Source: Auanema rhodensis
Lineage: Eukaryota > Animalia > Nematoda
Length of the DNA stretch: 64,000 nucleotides
Reading direction: 5' to 3'
Assembly: GCA_964057225.1 (NCBI GenBank)
Contig: CAXKVF010000076.1
Location: forward strand, 682,001 to 746,000
Every line of letters starts with the position of its first letter. Within the stretch, counting starts at the first letter, position 1. The notes beneath the pieces are model-generated. The model saw only the letters and a program-made list of their open reading frames with translations, had not been told where the DNA came from and did no database searches. This document shows positions 1 through 14,000 of the stretch, in pieces. Made by a program: the position numbers and the translations under genes.

Positions 1-176
1 ATCAATAAAAATTTGTTTTTAGACTAATATGGACATGGGGAATCTAATTTTGAAAACCGCATCTCTTTATCTTTCACGTGAAGCGAGTTACATACCAAGT
101 GCACATCACGTGCACATTTAATTAGCATAAATTAAAGTTCACGTAAATTTCAAAGTCATGGTTACCATGCACCAAT
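1..176 (+). repeat. Representative monomer (176 bp; consensus 56 G+C, 5 CpG)
   Basis: Contains palindromes TTCACGTGAA (73-82), GTGCAC (99-104), CACGTG (107-112), TTTAATT-agcata-AATTAAA (117-136) and CATGGT-T-ACCATG (157-169; BstEII site GGTNACC). Confidence 0.95.
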
Positions 177-291
177 ATCAATAAAAATTTGTTTTTAGAC
201 TAATATGGACATGGGGAATCTAATGTTGAAAACCGCATCTCTTTATCTTTCACGTGAAGCGAGTTACATACCATGGTTACCATGAAGCAAT
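177..291 (+). repeat. Truncated 115-bp monomer (61-bp deletion), copy 1
   Basis: CATACCA|TGGTTACC junction removes monomer positions 98-158. Linked to the AATGTTGAA variant. Confidence 0.95.
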
Positions 292-1347
292 ATCAATAAA
301 AATTTGTTTTTAGACTAATATGGACATGGGGAATCTAATTTTGAAAACCGCATCTCTTTATCTTTCACGTGAAGCGAGTTACATACCAAGTGCACATCAC
401 GTGTACATTTAATTAGCATAAATTAAAGTTCACGTAAATTTCAAAGTCATGGTTACCATGAAGCAATATCAATAAAAATTTGTTTTTAGACTAATATGGA
501 CATGGGGAATCTAATTTTGAAAACCGGATCTCTTTATCTTTCACGTGAAGCGAGTTACATACCAAGTGCACATCACGTGTACATTTAATTAGCATAAATT
601 AAAGTTCACGTAAATTTCAAAGTCATGGTTACCATGAACCAATATCAATAAAAATTTGTTTTTAGACTAATATGGACATGGGGAATCTAATTTTGAAAAC
701 CGCATCTCTTTATCTTTCACGTGAAGCGAGTTACATACCAAGTGCACATCACGTGTACATTTAATTAGCATAAATTAAAGTTCACGTAAATTTCAAAGTC
801 ATGGTTACCATGAACCAATATCAATAAAAATTTGTTTTTAGACTAATATGGACATGGGGAATCTAATTTTGAAAACCGCATCTCTTTATCTTTCACGTGA
901 AGCGAGTTACATACCAAGTGCACATCACGTGTACATTTAATTAGCATAAATTAAAGTTCACGTAAATTTCAAAGTCATGGTTACCATGAAGCAATATCAA
1001 TAAAAATTTGTTTTTAGACTAATATGGACATGGGGAATCTAATTTTGAAAACCGCATCTCTTTATCTTTCACGTGAAGCGAGTTACATACCAAGTGCACA
1101 TCACGTGTACATTTAATTAGCATAAATTAAAGTTCACGTAAATTTCAAAGTCATGGTTACCATGAACCAATATCAATAAAAATTTGTTTTTAGACTAATA
1201 TGGACATGGGGAATCTAATTTTGAAAACCGCATCTCTTTATCTTTCACGTGAAGCGAGTTACATACCAAGTGCACATCACGTGTACATTTAATTAGCATA
1301 AATTAAAGTTCACGTAAATTTCAAAGTCATGGTTACCATGAACCAAT

Positions 1348-1462
1348 ATCAATAAAAATTTGTTTTTAGACTAATATGGACATGGGGAATCTAATGTTGA
1401 AAACCGCATCTCTTTATCTTTCACGTGAAGCGAGTTACATACCATGGTTACCATGAAGCAAT
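1348..1462 (+). repeat. Truncated 115-bp monomer, copy 2
   Basis: Same deletion and linked SNP, 1171 bp (6x176+115) after copy 1. Confidence 0.95.
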
Positions 1463-4400
1463 ATCAATAAAAATTTGTTTTTAGACTAATATGGACATGG
1501 GGAATCTAATTTTGAAAACCGCATCTCTTTATCTTTCACGTGAAGCGAGTTACATACCAAGTGCACATCACGTGTACATTTAATTAGCATAAATTAAAGT
1601 TCACGTAAATTTCAAAGTCATGGTTACCATGAAGCAATATCAATAAAAATTTGTTTTTAGACTAATATGGACATGGGGAATCTAATTTTGAAAACCGGAT
1701 CTCTTTATCTTTCACGTGAAGCGAGTTACATACCAAGTGCACATCACGTGTACATTTAATTAGCATAAATTAAAGTTCACGTAAATTTCAAAGTCATGGT
1801 TACCATGAACCAATATCAATAAAAATTTGTTTTTAGACTAATATGGACATGGGGAATCTAATTTTGAAAACCGCATCTCTTTATCTTTCACGTGAAGCGA
1901 GTTACATACCAAGTGCACATCACGTGTACATTTAATTAGCATAAATTAAAGTTCACGTAAATTTCAAAGTCATGGTTACCATGAACCAATATCAATAAAA
2001 ATTTGTTTTTAGACTAATATGGACATGGGGAATCTAATTTTGAAAACCGCATCTCTTTATCTTTCACGTGAAGCGAGTTACATACCAAGTGCACATCACG
2101 TGTACATTTAATTAGCATAAATTAAAGTTCACGTAAATTTCAAAGTCATGGTTACCATGAAGCAATATCAATAAAAATTTGTTTTTAGACTAATATGGAC
2201 ATGGGGAATCTAATTTTGAAAACCGCATCTCTTTATCTTTCACGTGAAGCGAGTTACATACCAAGTGCACATCACGTGTACATTTAATTAGCATAAATTA
2301 AAGTTCACGTAAATTTCAAAGTCATGGTTACCATGAACCAATATCAATAAAAATTTGTTTTTAGACTAATATGGACATGGGGAATCTAATTTTGAAAACC
2401 GCATCTCTTTATCTTTCACGTGAAGCGAGTTACATACCAAGTGCACATCACGTGTACATTTAATTAGCATAAATTAAAGTTCACGTAAATTTCAAAGTCA
2501 TGGTTACCATGAACCAATATCAATAAAAATTTGTTTTTAGACTAATATGGACATGGGGAATCTAATTTTGAAAACCGCATCTCTTTATCTTTCACGTGAA
2601 GCGAGTTACATACCAAGTGCACATCACGTGTACATTTAATTAGCATAAATTAAAGTTCACGTAAATTTCAAAGTCATGGTTACCATGAACCAATATCAAT
2701 AAAAATTTGTTTTTAGACTAATATGGACATGGGGAATCTAATTTTGAAAACCGCATCTCTTTATCTTTCACGTGAAGCGAGTTACATACCAAGTGCACAT
2801 CACGTGTACATTTAATTAGCATAAATTAAAGTTCACGTAAATTTCAAAGTCATGGTTACCATGAAGCAATATCAATAAAAATTTGTTTTTAGACTAATAT
2901 GGACATGGGGAATCTAATTTTGAAAACCGCATCTCTTTATCTTTCACGTGAAGCGAGTTACATACCAAGTGCACATCACGTGTACATTTAATTAGCATAA
3001 ATTAAAGTTCACGTAAATTTCAAAGTCATGGTTACCATGAACCAATATCAATAAAAATTTGTTTTTAGACTAATATGGACATGGGGAATCTAATTTTGAA
3101 AACCGCATCTCTTTATCTTTCACGTGAAGCGAGTTACATACCAAGTGCACATCACGTGTACATTTAATTAGCATAAATTAAAGTTCACGTAAATTTCAAA
3201 GTCATGGTTACCATGAACCAATATCAATAAAAATTTGTTTTTAGACTAATATGGACATGGGGAATCTAATTTTGAAAACCGCATCTCTTTATCTTTCACG
3301 TGAAGCGAGTTACATACCAAGTGCACATCACGTGTACATTTAATTAGCATAAATTAAAGTTCACGTAAATTTCAAAGTCATGGTTACCATGAACCAATAT
3401 CAATAAAAATTTGTTTTTAGACTAATATGGACATGGGGAATCTAATTTTGAAAACCGCATCTCTTTATCTTTCACGTGAAGCGAGTTACATACCAAGTGC
3501 ACACCACGTGTACATTTAATTAGCATAAATTAAAGTTCACGTAAATTTCAAAGTCATGGTTACCATGAACCAATATCAATAAAAATTTGTTTTTAGACTA
3601 ATATGGACATGGGGAATCTAATTTTGAAAACCGCATCTCTTTATCTTTCACGTGAAGCGAGTTACATACCAAGTGCACATCACGTGTACATTTAATTAGC
3701 ATAAATTAAAGTTCACGTAAATTTCAAAGTCATGGTTACTATGAAGCAATATCAATAAAAATTTGTTTTTAGACTAATATGGACATGGGGAATCTAATTT
3801 TGAAAACCGCATCTCTTTATCTTTCACGTGAAGCGAGTTACATACCAAGTGCACATCACGTGTACATTTAATTAGCATAAATTAAAGTTCACGTAAATTT
3901 CAAAGTCATGGTTACCATGCACCAATATCAATAAAAATTTGTTTTTAGACTAATATGGACATGGGGAATCTAATTTTGAAAACCGCATCTCTTTATCTTT
4001 CAAGTGAAGCGAGTTACATACCAAGTGCACATCACGTGTACATTTAATTAGCATAAATTTAAGTTCACGTAAATTTCAAAGTCATGGTTACCATGCACCA
4101 ATATCAATAAAAATTTGTTTTTAGACTAATATGGACATGGGGGATCTAATTTTGAAAACCGCATCTCTTTATCTTTCACGTGAAGCGAGTTACATACCAA
4201 GTGCACATCACGTGTACATTTAATTAGCATAAATTAAAGTTCACGTAAATTTCAAAGTCATGGTTACCATGAACCAATATCAATAAAAATTTGTTTTTAG
4301 ACTAATATGGACATGGGGAATCTAATTTTGAAAACCGCATCTCTTTATCTTTCACGTGAAGCGAGTTACATACCAAGTGCACATCACGTGTACATTTAAT

Positions 4401-5334
4401 TAGCATAAATTAAAGTTCACGTAAACTTCAAAGTCATGGTTACCATGAAGCAATATCAATAAAAATTTGTTTTTAGACTAATATGGACATGGGGAATCTA
4501 ATTTTGAAAACCGGATCTCTTTATCTTTCACGGGAAGCGAGTTACATACCAAGTGCACATCACGTGTACATTTAATTAGCATAAATTAAAGTTCACGTAA
4601 ATTTCAAAGTCATGGTTACCATGAACCAATATCAATAAAAATTTGTTTTTAGACTAATATGGACATGGGGAATCTAATTTTGAAAACCGCATCTCTTTAT
4701 CTTTCACGTGAAGCGAGTTACATACCAAGTGCACATCACGTGTACATTTAATTAGCATAAATTAAAGTTCACGTAAATTTCAAAGTCATGGTTACCATGA
4801 ACCAATATCAATAAAAATTTGTTTTTAGACTAATATGGACATGGGGAATCTAATTTTGAAAACCGCATCTCTTTATCTTTCACGTGAAGCGAGTTACATA
4901 CCAAGTGCACATCACGTGTACATTTAATTAGCATAAATTAAAGTTCACGTAAATTTCAAAGTCATGGTTACCATGAACCAATATCAATAAAAATTTGTTT
5001 TTAGACTAATATGGACATGGGGAATCTAATTTTGAAAACCGCATCTCTTTATCTTTCACGTGAAGCGAGTTACATACCAAGTGCACATCACGTGTACATT
5101 TAATTAGCATAAATTAAAGTTCACGTAAATTTCAAAGTCATGGTTACCATGAACCAATATCAATAAAAATTTGTTTTTAGACTAATATGGACATGGGGAA
5201 TCTAATTTTGAAAACCGCATCTCTTTATCTTTCACGTGAAGCGAGTTACATACCAAGTGCACATCACGTGCACATTTAATTAGCATAAATTAAAGTTCAC
5301 GTAAATTTCAAAGTCATGGTTACCATGCACCAAT

Positions 5335-5449
5335 ATCAATAAAAATTTGTTTTTAGACTAATATGGACATGGGGAATCTAATGTTGAAAACCGCATCTCT
5401 TTATCTTTCACGTGAAGCGAGTTACATACCATGGTTACCATGAAGCAAT
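5335..5449 (+). repeat. Truncated 115-bp monomer, copy 3
   Basis: Same deletion and SNP, 5158 bp after copy 1. Confidence 0.95.
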
Positions 5450-6505
5450 ATCAATAAAAATTTGTTTTTAGACTAATATGGACATGGGGAATCTAATTTT
5501 GAAAACCGCATCTCTTTATCTTTCACGTGAAGCGAGTTACATACCAAGTGCACATCACGTGTACATTTAATTAGCATAAATTAAAGTTCACGTAAATTTC
5601 AAAGTCATGGTTACCATGAAGCAATATCAATAAAAATTTGTTTTTAGACTAATATGGACATGGGGAATCTAATTTTGAAAACCGGATCTCTTTATCTTTC
5701 ACGTGAAGCGAGTTACATACCAAGTGCACATCACGTGTACATTTAATTAGCATAAATTAAAGTTCACGTAAATTTCAAAGTCATGGTTACCATGAACCAA
5801 TATCAATAAAAATTTGTTTTTAGACTAATATGGACATGGGGAATCTAATTTTGAAAACCGCATCTCTTTATCTTTCACGTGAAGCGAGTTACATACCAAG
5901 TGCACATCACGTGTACATTTAATTAGCATAAATTAAAGTTCACGTAAATTTCAAAGTCATGGTTACCATGAACCAATATCAATAAAAATTTGTTTTTAGA
6001 CTAATATGGACATGGGGAATCTAATTTTGAAAACCGCATCTCTTTATCTTTCACGTGAAGCGAGTTACATACCAAGTGCACATCACGTGTACATTTAATT
6101 AGCATAAATTAAAGTTCACGTAAATTTCAAAGTCATGGTTACCATGAAGCAATATCAATAAAAATTTGTTTTTAGACTAATATGGACATGGGGAATCTAA
6201 TTTTGAAAACCGCATCTCTTTATCTTTCACGTGAAGCGAGTTACATACCAAGTGCACATCACGTGTACATTTAATTAGCATAAATTAAAGTTCACGTAAA
6301 TTTCAAAGTCATGGTTACCATGAACCAATATCAATAAAAATTTGTTTTTAGACTAATATGGACATGGGGAATCTAATTTTGAAAACCGCATCTCTTTATC
6401 TTTCACGTGAAGCGAGTTACATACCAAGTGCACATCACGTGTACATTTAATTAGCATAAATTAAAGTTCACGTAAATTTCAAAGTCATGGTTACCATGAA
6501 CCAAT

Positions 6506-6620
6506 ATCAATAAAAATTTGTTTTTAGACTAATATGGACATGGGGAATCTAATGTTGAAAACCGCATCTCTTTATCTTTCACGTGAAGCGAGTTACATAC
6601 CATGGTTACCATGAAGCAAT
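6506..6620 (+). repeat. Truncated 115-bp monomer, copy 4
   Basis: Same deletion and SNP, 5158 bp after copy 2. Confidence 0.95.
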
Positions 6621-8028
6621 ATCAATAAAAATTTGTTTTTAGACTAATATGGACATGGGGAATCTAATTTTGAAAACCGCATCTCTTTATCTTTCACGTG
6701 AAGCGAGTTACATACCAAGTGCACATCACGTGTACATTTAATTAGCATAAATTAAAGTTCACGTAAATTTCAAAGTCATGGTTACCATGAAGCAATATCA
6801 ATAAAAATTTGTTTTTAGACTAATATGGACATGGGGAATCTAATTTTGAAAACCGGATCTCTTTATCTTTCACGTGAAGCGAGTTACATACCAAGTGCAC
6901 ATCACGTGTACATTTAATTAGCATAAATTAAAGTTCACGTAAATTTCAAAGTCATGGTTACCATGAACCAATATCAATAAAAATTTGTTTTTAGACTAAT
7001 ATGGACATGGGGAATCTAATTTTGAAAACCGCATCTCTTTATCTTTCACGTGAAGCGAGTTACATACCAAGTGCACATCACGTGTACATTTAATTAGCAT
7101 AAATTAAAGTTCACGTAAATTTCAAAGTCATGGTTACCATGAACCAATATCAATAAAAATTTGTTTTTAGACTAATATGGACATGGGGAATCTAATTTTG
7201 AAAACCGCATCTCTTTATCTTTCACGTGAAGCGAGTTACATACCAAGTGCACATCACGTGTACATTTAATTAGCATAAATTAAAGTTCACGTAAATTTCA
7301 AAGTCATGGTTACCATGAAGCAATATCAATAAAAATTTGTTTTTAGACTAATATGGACATGGGGAATCTAATTTTGAAAACCGCATCTCTTTATCTTTCA
7401 CGTGAAGCGAGTTACATACCAAGTGCACATCACGTGTACATTTAATTAGCATAAATTAAAGTTCACGTAAATTTCAAAGTCATGGTTACCATGAACCAAT
7501 ATCAATAAAAATTTGTTTTTAGACTAATATGGACATGGGGAATCTAATTTTGAAAACCGCATCTCTTTATCTTTCACGTGAAGCGAGTTACATACCAAGT
7601 GCACATCACGTGTACATTTAATTAGCATAAATTAAAGTTCACGTAAATTTCAAAGTCATGGTTACCATGAACCAATATCAATAAAAATTTGTTTTTAGAC
7701 TAATATGGACATGGGGAATCTAATTTTGAAAACCGCATCTCTTTATCTTTCACGTGAAGCGAGTTACATACCAAGTGCACATCACGTGTACATTTAATTA
7801 GCATAAATTAAAGTTCACGTAAATTTCAAAGTCATGGTTACCATGAACCAATATCAATAAAAATTTGTTTTTAGACTAATATGGACATGGGGAATCTAAT
7901 TTTGAAAACCGCATCTCTTTATCTTTCACGTGAAGCGAGTTACATACCAAGTGCACATCACGTGTACATTTAATTAGCATAAATTAAAGTTCACGTAAAT
8001 TTCAAAGTCATGGTTACCATGAAGCAAT

Positions 8029-11000
8029 ATCAATAAAAATTTGTTTTTAGACTAATATGGACATGGGGAATCTAATTTTGAAAACCGCATCTCTTTATCT
8101 TTCACGTGAAGCGAGTTACATACCAAGTGCACATCACGTGTACATTTAATTAGCATAAATTAAAGTTCACGTAAATTTCAAAGTCATGGTTACCATGAAC
8201 CAATATCAATAAAAATTTGTTTTTAGACTAATATGGACATGGGGAATCTAATTTTGAAAACCGCATCTCTTTATCTTTCACGTGAAGCGAGTTACATACC
8301 AAGTGCACATCACGTGTACATTTAATTAGCATAAATTAAAGTTCACGTAAATTTCAAAGTCATGGTTACCATGAACCAATATCAATAAAAATTTGTTTTT
8401 AGACTAATATGGACATGGGGAATCTAATTTTGAAAACCGCATCTCTTTATCTTTCACGTGAAGCGAGTTACATACCAAGTGCACATCACGTGTACATTTA
8501 ATTAGCATAAATTAAAGTTCACGTAAATTTCAAAGTCATGGTTACCATGAACCAATATCAATAAAAATTTGTTTTTAGACTAATATGGACATGGGGAATC
8601 TAATTTTGAAAACCGCATCTCTTTATCTTTCACGTGAAGCGAGTTACATACCAAGTGCACACCACGTGTACATTTAATTAGCATAAATTAAAGTTCACGT
8701 AAATTTCAAAGTCATGGTTACCATGAACCAATATCAATAAAAATTTGTTTTTAGACTAATATGGACATGGGGAATCTAATTTTGAAAACCGCATCTCTTT
8801 ATCTTTCACGTGAAGCGAGTTACATACCAAGTGCACATCACGTGTACATTTAATTAGCATAAATTAAAGTTCACGTAAATTTCAAAGTCATGGTTACTAT
8901 GAAGCAATATCAATAAAAATTTGTTTTTAGACTAATATGGACATGGGGAATCTAATTTTGAAAACCGCATCTCTTTATCTTTCACGTGAAGCGAGTTACA
9001 TACCAAGTGCACATCACGTGTACATTTAATTAGCATAAATTAAAGTTCACGTAAATTTCAAAGTCATGGTTACCATGCACCAATATCAATAAAAATTTGT
9101 TTTTAGACTAATATGGACATGGGGAATCTAATTTTGAAAACCGCATCTCTTTATCTTTCAAGTGAAGCGAGTTACATACCAAGTGCACATCACGTGTACA
9201 TTTAATTAGCATAAATTTAAGTTCACGTAAATTTCAAAGTCATGGTTACCATGCACCAATATCAATAAAAATTTGTTTTTAGACTAATATGGACATGGGG
9301 GATCTAATTTTGAAAACCGCATCTCTTTATCTTTCACGTGAAGCGAGTTACATACCAAGTGCACATCACGTGTACATTTAATTAGCATAAATTAAAGTTC
9401 ACGTAAATTTCAAAGTCATGGTTACCATGAACCAATATCAATAAAAATTTGTTTTTAGACTAATATGGACATGGGGAATCTAATTTTGAAAACCGCATCT
9501 CTTTATCTTTCACGTGAAGCGAGTTACATACCAAGTGCACATCACGTGTACATTTAATTAGCATAAATTAAAGTTCACGTAAACTTCAAAGTCATGGTTA
9601 CCATGAAGCAATATCAATAAAAATTTGTTTTTAGACTAATATGGACATGGGGAATCTAATTTTGAAAACCGGATCTCTTTATCTTTCACGGGAAGCGAGT
9701 TACATACCAAGTGCACATCACGTGTACATTTAATTAGCATAAATTAAAGTTCACGTAAATTTCAAAGTCATGGTTACCATGAACCAATATCAATAAAAAT
9801 TTGTTTTTAGACTAATATGGACATGGGGAATCTAATTTTGAAAACCGCATCTCTTTATCTTTCACGTGAAGCGAGTTACATACCAAGTGCACATCACGTG
9901 TACATTTAATTAGCATAAATTAAAGTTCACGTAAATTTCAAAGTCATGGTTACCATGAAGCAATATCAATAAAAATTTGTTTTTAGACTAATATGGACAT
10001 GGGGAATCTAATTTTGAAAACCGCATCTCTTTATCTTTCACGTGAAGCGAGTTACATACCAAGTGCACATCACGTGTACATTTAATTAGCATAAATTAAA
10101 GTTCACGTAAATTTCAAAGTCATGGTTACCATGAACCAATATCAATAAAAATTTGTTTTTAGACTAATATGGACATGGGGAATCTAATTTTGAAAACCGC
10201 ATCTCTTTATCTTTCACGTGAAGCGAGTTACATACCAAGTGCACATCACGTGTACATTTAATTAGCATAAATTAAAGTTCACGTAAATTTCAAAGTCATG
10301 GTTACCATGAACCAATATCAATAAAAATTTGTTTTTAGACTAATATGGACATGGGGAATCTAATTTTGAAAACCGCATCTCTTTATCTTTCACGTGAAGC
10401 GAGTTACATACCAAGTGCACATCACGTGTACATTTAATTAGCATAAATTAAAGTTCACGTAAATTTCAAAGTCATGGTTACCATGAACCAATATCAATAA
10501 AAATTTGTTTTTAGACTAATATGGACATGGGGAATCTAATTTTGAAAACCGCATCTCTTTATCTTTCACGTGAAGCGAGTTACATACCAAGTGCACACCA
10601 CGTGTACATTTAATTAGCATAAATTAAAGTTCACGTAAATTTCAAAGTCATGGTTACCATGAACCAATATCAATAAAAATTTGTTTTTAGACTAATATGG
10701 ACATGGGGAATCTAATTTTGAAAACCGCATCTCTTTATCTTTCACGTGAAGCGAGTTACATACCAAGTGCACATCACGTGTACATTTAATTAGCATAAAT
10801 TAAAGTTCACGTAAATTTCAAAGTCATGGTTACTATGAAGCAATATCAATAAAAATTTGTTTTTAGACTAATATGGACATGGGGAATCTAATTTTGAAAA
10901 CCGCATCTCTTTATCTTTCACGTGAAGCGAGTTACATACCAAGTGCACATCACGTGTACATTTAATTAGCATAAATTAAAGTTCACGTAAATTTCAAAGT

Positions 11001-14000
11001 CATGGTTACCATGCACCAATATCAATAAAAATTTGTTTTTAGACTAATATGGACATGGGGAATCTAATTTTGAAAACCGCATCTCTTTATCTTTCACGTG
11101 AAGCGAGTTACATACCAAGTGCACATCACGTGTACATTTAATTAGCATAAATTTAAGTTCACGTAAATTTCAAAGTCATGGTTACCATGCACCAATATCA
11201 ATAAAAATTTGTTTTTAGACTAATATGGACATGGGGGATCTAATTTTGAAAACCGCATCTCTTTATCTTTCACGTGAAGCGAGTTACATACCAAGTGCAC
11301 ATCACGTGTACATTTAATTAGCATAAATTAAAGTTCACGTAAATTTCAAAGTCATGGTTACCATGAACCAATATCAATAAAAATTTGTTTTTAGACTAAT
11401 ATGGACATGGGGAATCTAATTTTGAAAACCGCATCTCTTTATCTTTCACGTGAAGCGAGTTACATACCAAGTGCACATCACGTGTACATTTAATTAGCAT
11501 AAATTAAAGTTCACGTAAACTTCAAAGTCATGGTTACCATGAAGCAATATCAATAAAAATTTGTTTTTAGACTAATATGGACATGGGGAATCTAATTTTG
11601 AAAACCGGATCTCTTTATCTTTCACGGGAAGCGAGTTACATACCAAGTGCACATCACGTGTACATTTAATTAGCATAAATTAAAGTTCACGTAAATTTCA
11701 AAGTCATGGTTACCATGAACCAATATCAATAAAAATTTGTTTTTAGACTAATATGGACATGGGGAATCTAATTTTGAAAACCGCATCTCTTTATCTTTCA
11801 CGTGAAGCGAGTTACATACCAAGTGCACATCACGTGTACATTTAATTAGCATAAATTAAAGTTCACGTAAATTTCAAAGTCATGGTTACCATGAACCAAT
11901 ATCAATAAAAATTTGTTTTTAGACTAATATGGACATGGGGAATCTAATTTTGAAAACCGCATCTCTTTATCTTTCACGTGAAGCGAGTTACATACCAAGT
12001 GCACATCACGTGTACATTTAATTAGCATAAATTAAAGTTCACGTAAATTTCAAAGTCATGGTTACCATGAAGCAATATCAATAAAAATTTGTTTTTAGAC
12101 TAATGTGGACATGGGGAATCTAATTTTGAAAACCGCATCTCTTTATCTTTCACGTGAAGCGAGTTACATACCAAGTGCACATCACGTGTACATTTAATTA
12201 GCATAAATTAAAGTTCACGTAAATTTCAAAGTCATGGTTACCATGAACCAATATCAATAAAAATTTGTTTTTAGACTAATATGGACATGGGGAATCTAAT
12301 TTTGAAAACCGCATCTCTTTATCTTTCACGTGAAGCGAGTTACATACCAAGTGCACATCACGTGTACATTTAATTAGCATAAATTAAAGTTCACGTAAAC
12401 TTCAAAGTCATGGTTACCATGAAGCAATATCAATAAAAATTTGTTTTTAGACTAATATGGACATGGGGAATCTAATTTTGAAAACCGGATCTCTTTATCT
12501 TTCACGGGAAGCGAGTTACATACCAAGTGCACATCACGTGTACATTTAATTAGCATAAATTAAAGTTCACGTAAATTTCAAAGTCATGGTTACCATGAAC
12601 CAATATCAATAAAAATTTGTTTTTAGACTAATATGGACATGGGGAATCTAATTTTGAAAACCGCATCTCTTTATCTTTCACGTGAAGCGAGTTACATACC
12701 AAGTGCACATCACGTGTACATTTAATTAGCATAAATTAAAGTTCACGTAAATTTCAAAGTCATGGTTACCATGAACCAATATCAATAAAAATTTGTTTTT
12801 AGACTAATATGGACATGGGGAATCTAATTTTGAAAACCGCATCTCTTTATCTTTCACGTGAAGCGAGTTACATACCAAGTGCACATCACGTGTACATTTA
12901 ATTAGCATAAATTAAAGTTCACGTAAATTTCAAAGTCATGGTTACCATGAAGCAATATCAATAAAAATTTGTTTTTAGACTAATATGGACATGGGGAATC
13001 TAATTTTGAAAACCGCATCTCTTTATCTTTCACGTGAAGCGAGTTACATACCAAGTGCACATCACGTGTACATTTAATTAGCATAAATTAAAGTTCACGT
13101 AAATTTCAAAGTCATGGTTACCATGAACCAATATCAATAAAAATTTGTTTTTAGACTAATATGGACATGGGGAATCTAATTTTGAAAACCGCATCTCTTT
13201 ATCTTTCACGTGAAGCGAGTTACATACCAAGTGCACATCACGTGTACATTTAATTAGCATAAATTAAAGTTCACGTAAATTTCAAAGTCATGGTTACCAT
13301 GAACCAATATCAATAAAAATTTGTTCTTAGACTAATATGGACATGGGGAATCTAATTTTGAAAACCGCATCTCTTTATCTTTCACGTGAAGCGAGTTACA
13401 TACCAAGTGCACATCACGTGTACATTTAATTAGCATAAATTAAAGTTCACGTAAATTTCAAAGTCATGGTTACCATGAACCAATATCAATAAAAATTTGT
13501 TTTTAGACTAATATGGACATGGGGAATCTAATTTTGAAAACCGCATCTCTTTATCTTTCACGTGAAGCGAGTTACATACCAAGTGCACATCACGTGTACA
13601 TTTAATTAGCATAAATTAAAGTTCACGTAAATTTCAAAGTCATGGTTACCATGAACCAATATCAATAAAAATTTGTTTTTAGACTAATATGGACATGGGG
13701 AATCTAATTTTGAAAACCGCATCTCTTTATCTTTCACGTGAAGCGAGTTACATACCAAGTGCACATCACGTGTACATTTAATTAGCATAAATTAAAGTTC
13801 ACGTAAATTTCAAAGTCATGGTTACCATGAAGCAATATCAATAAAAATTTGTTTTTAGACTAATATGGACATGGGGAATCTAATTTTGAAAACCGCATCT
13901 CTTTATCTTTCACGTGAAGCGAGTTACATACCAAGTGCACATCACGTGTACATTTAATTAGCATAAATTAAAGTTCACGTAAATTTCAAAGTCATGGTTA

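Larger units (their letters stand above)
1..9959 (+). repeat. 30-monomer higher-order duplication (period 5158 bp) with a nested 7-mer duplication (period 1171 bp)
   Basis: Rare variants recur at +5158: the deletions, ACACCACG (3504/8662), CAAGTG (4003/9161), CGGGAA (4533/9691). 5158 = 30x176 - 2x61. Confidence 0.9.

Noticed and set aside
1-176. CENP-B box / alpha satellite
   Set aside because: No TTCG-N4-A-N2-CGGG motif on either strand, and the unit is 176 bp rather than 171 bp.
1-176. Assignment to known 176-bp satellites (Brassica CentBr, honey-bee AluI repeat)
   Set aside because: Only the length matches. The consensus lacks HindIII and AluI sites (AGCT appears only as a rare variant) and I do not recognise the sequence. 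A database search is needed.
396-530. Budding-yeast-like point centromere (ATCACGTG, then ~77 bp AT-rich, then TGTTTTT)
   Set aside because: The intervening DNA is only ~75% AT and the essential CDEIII TTCCGAA core is absent; likely coincidence.
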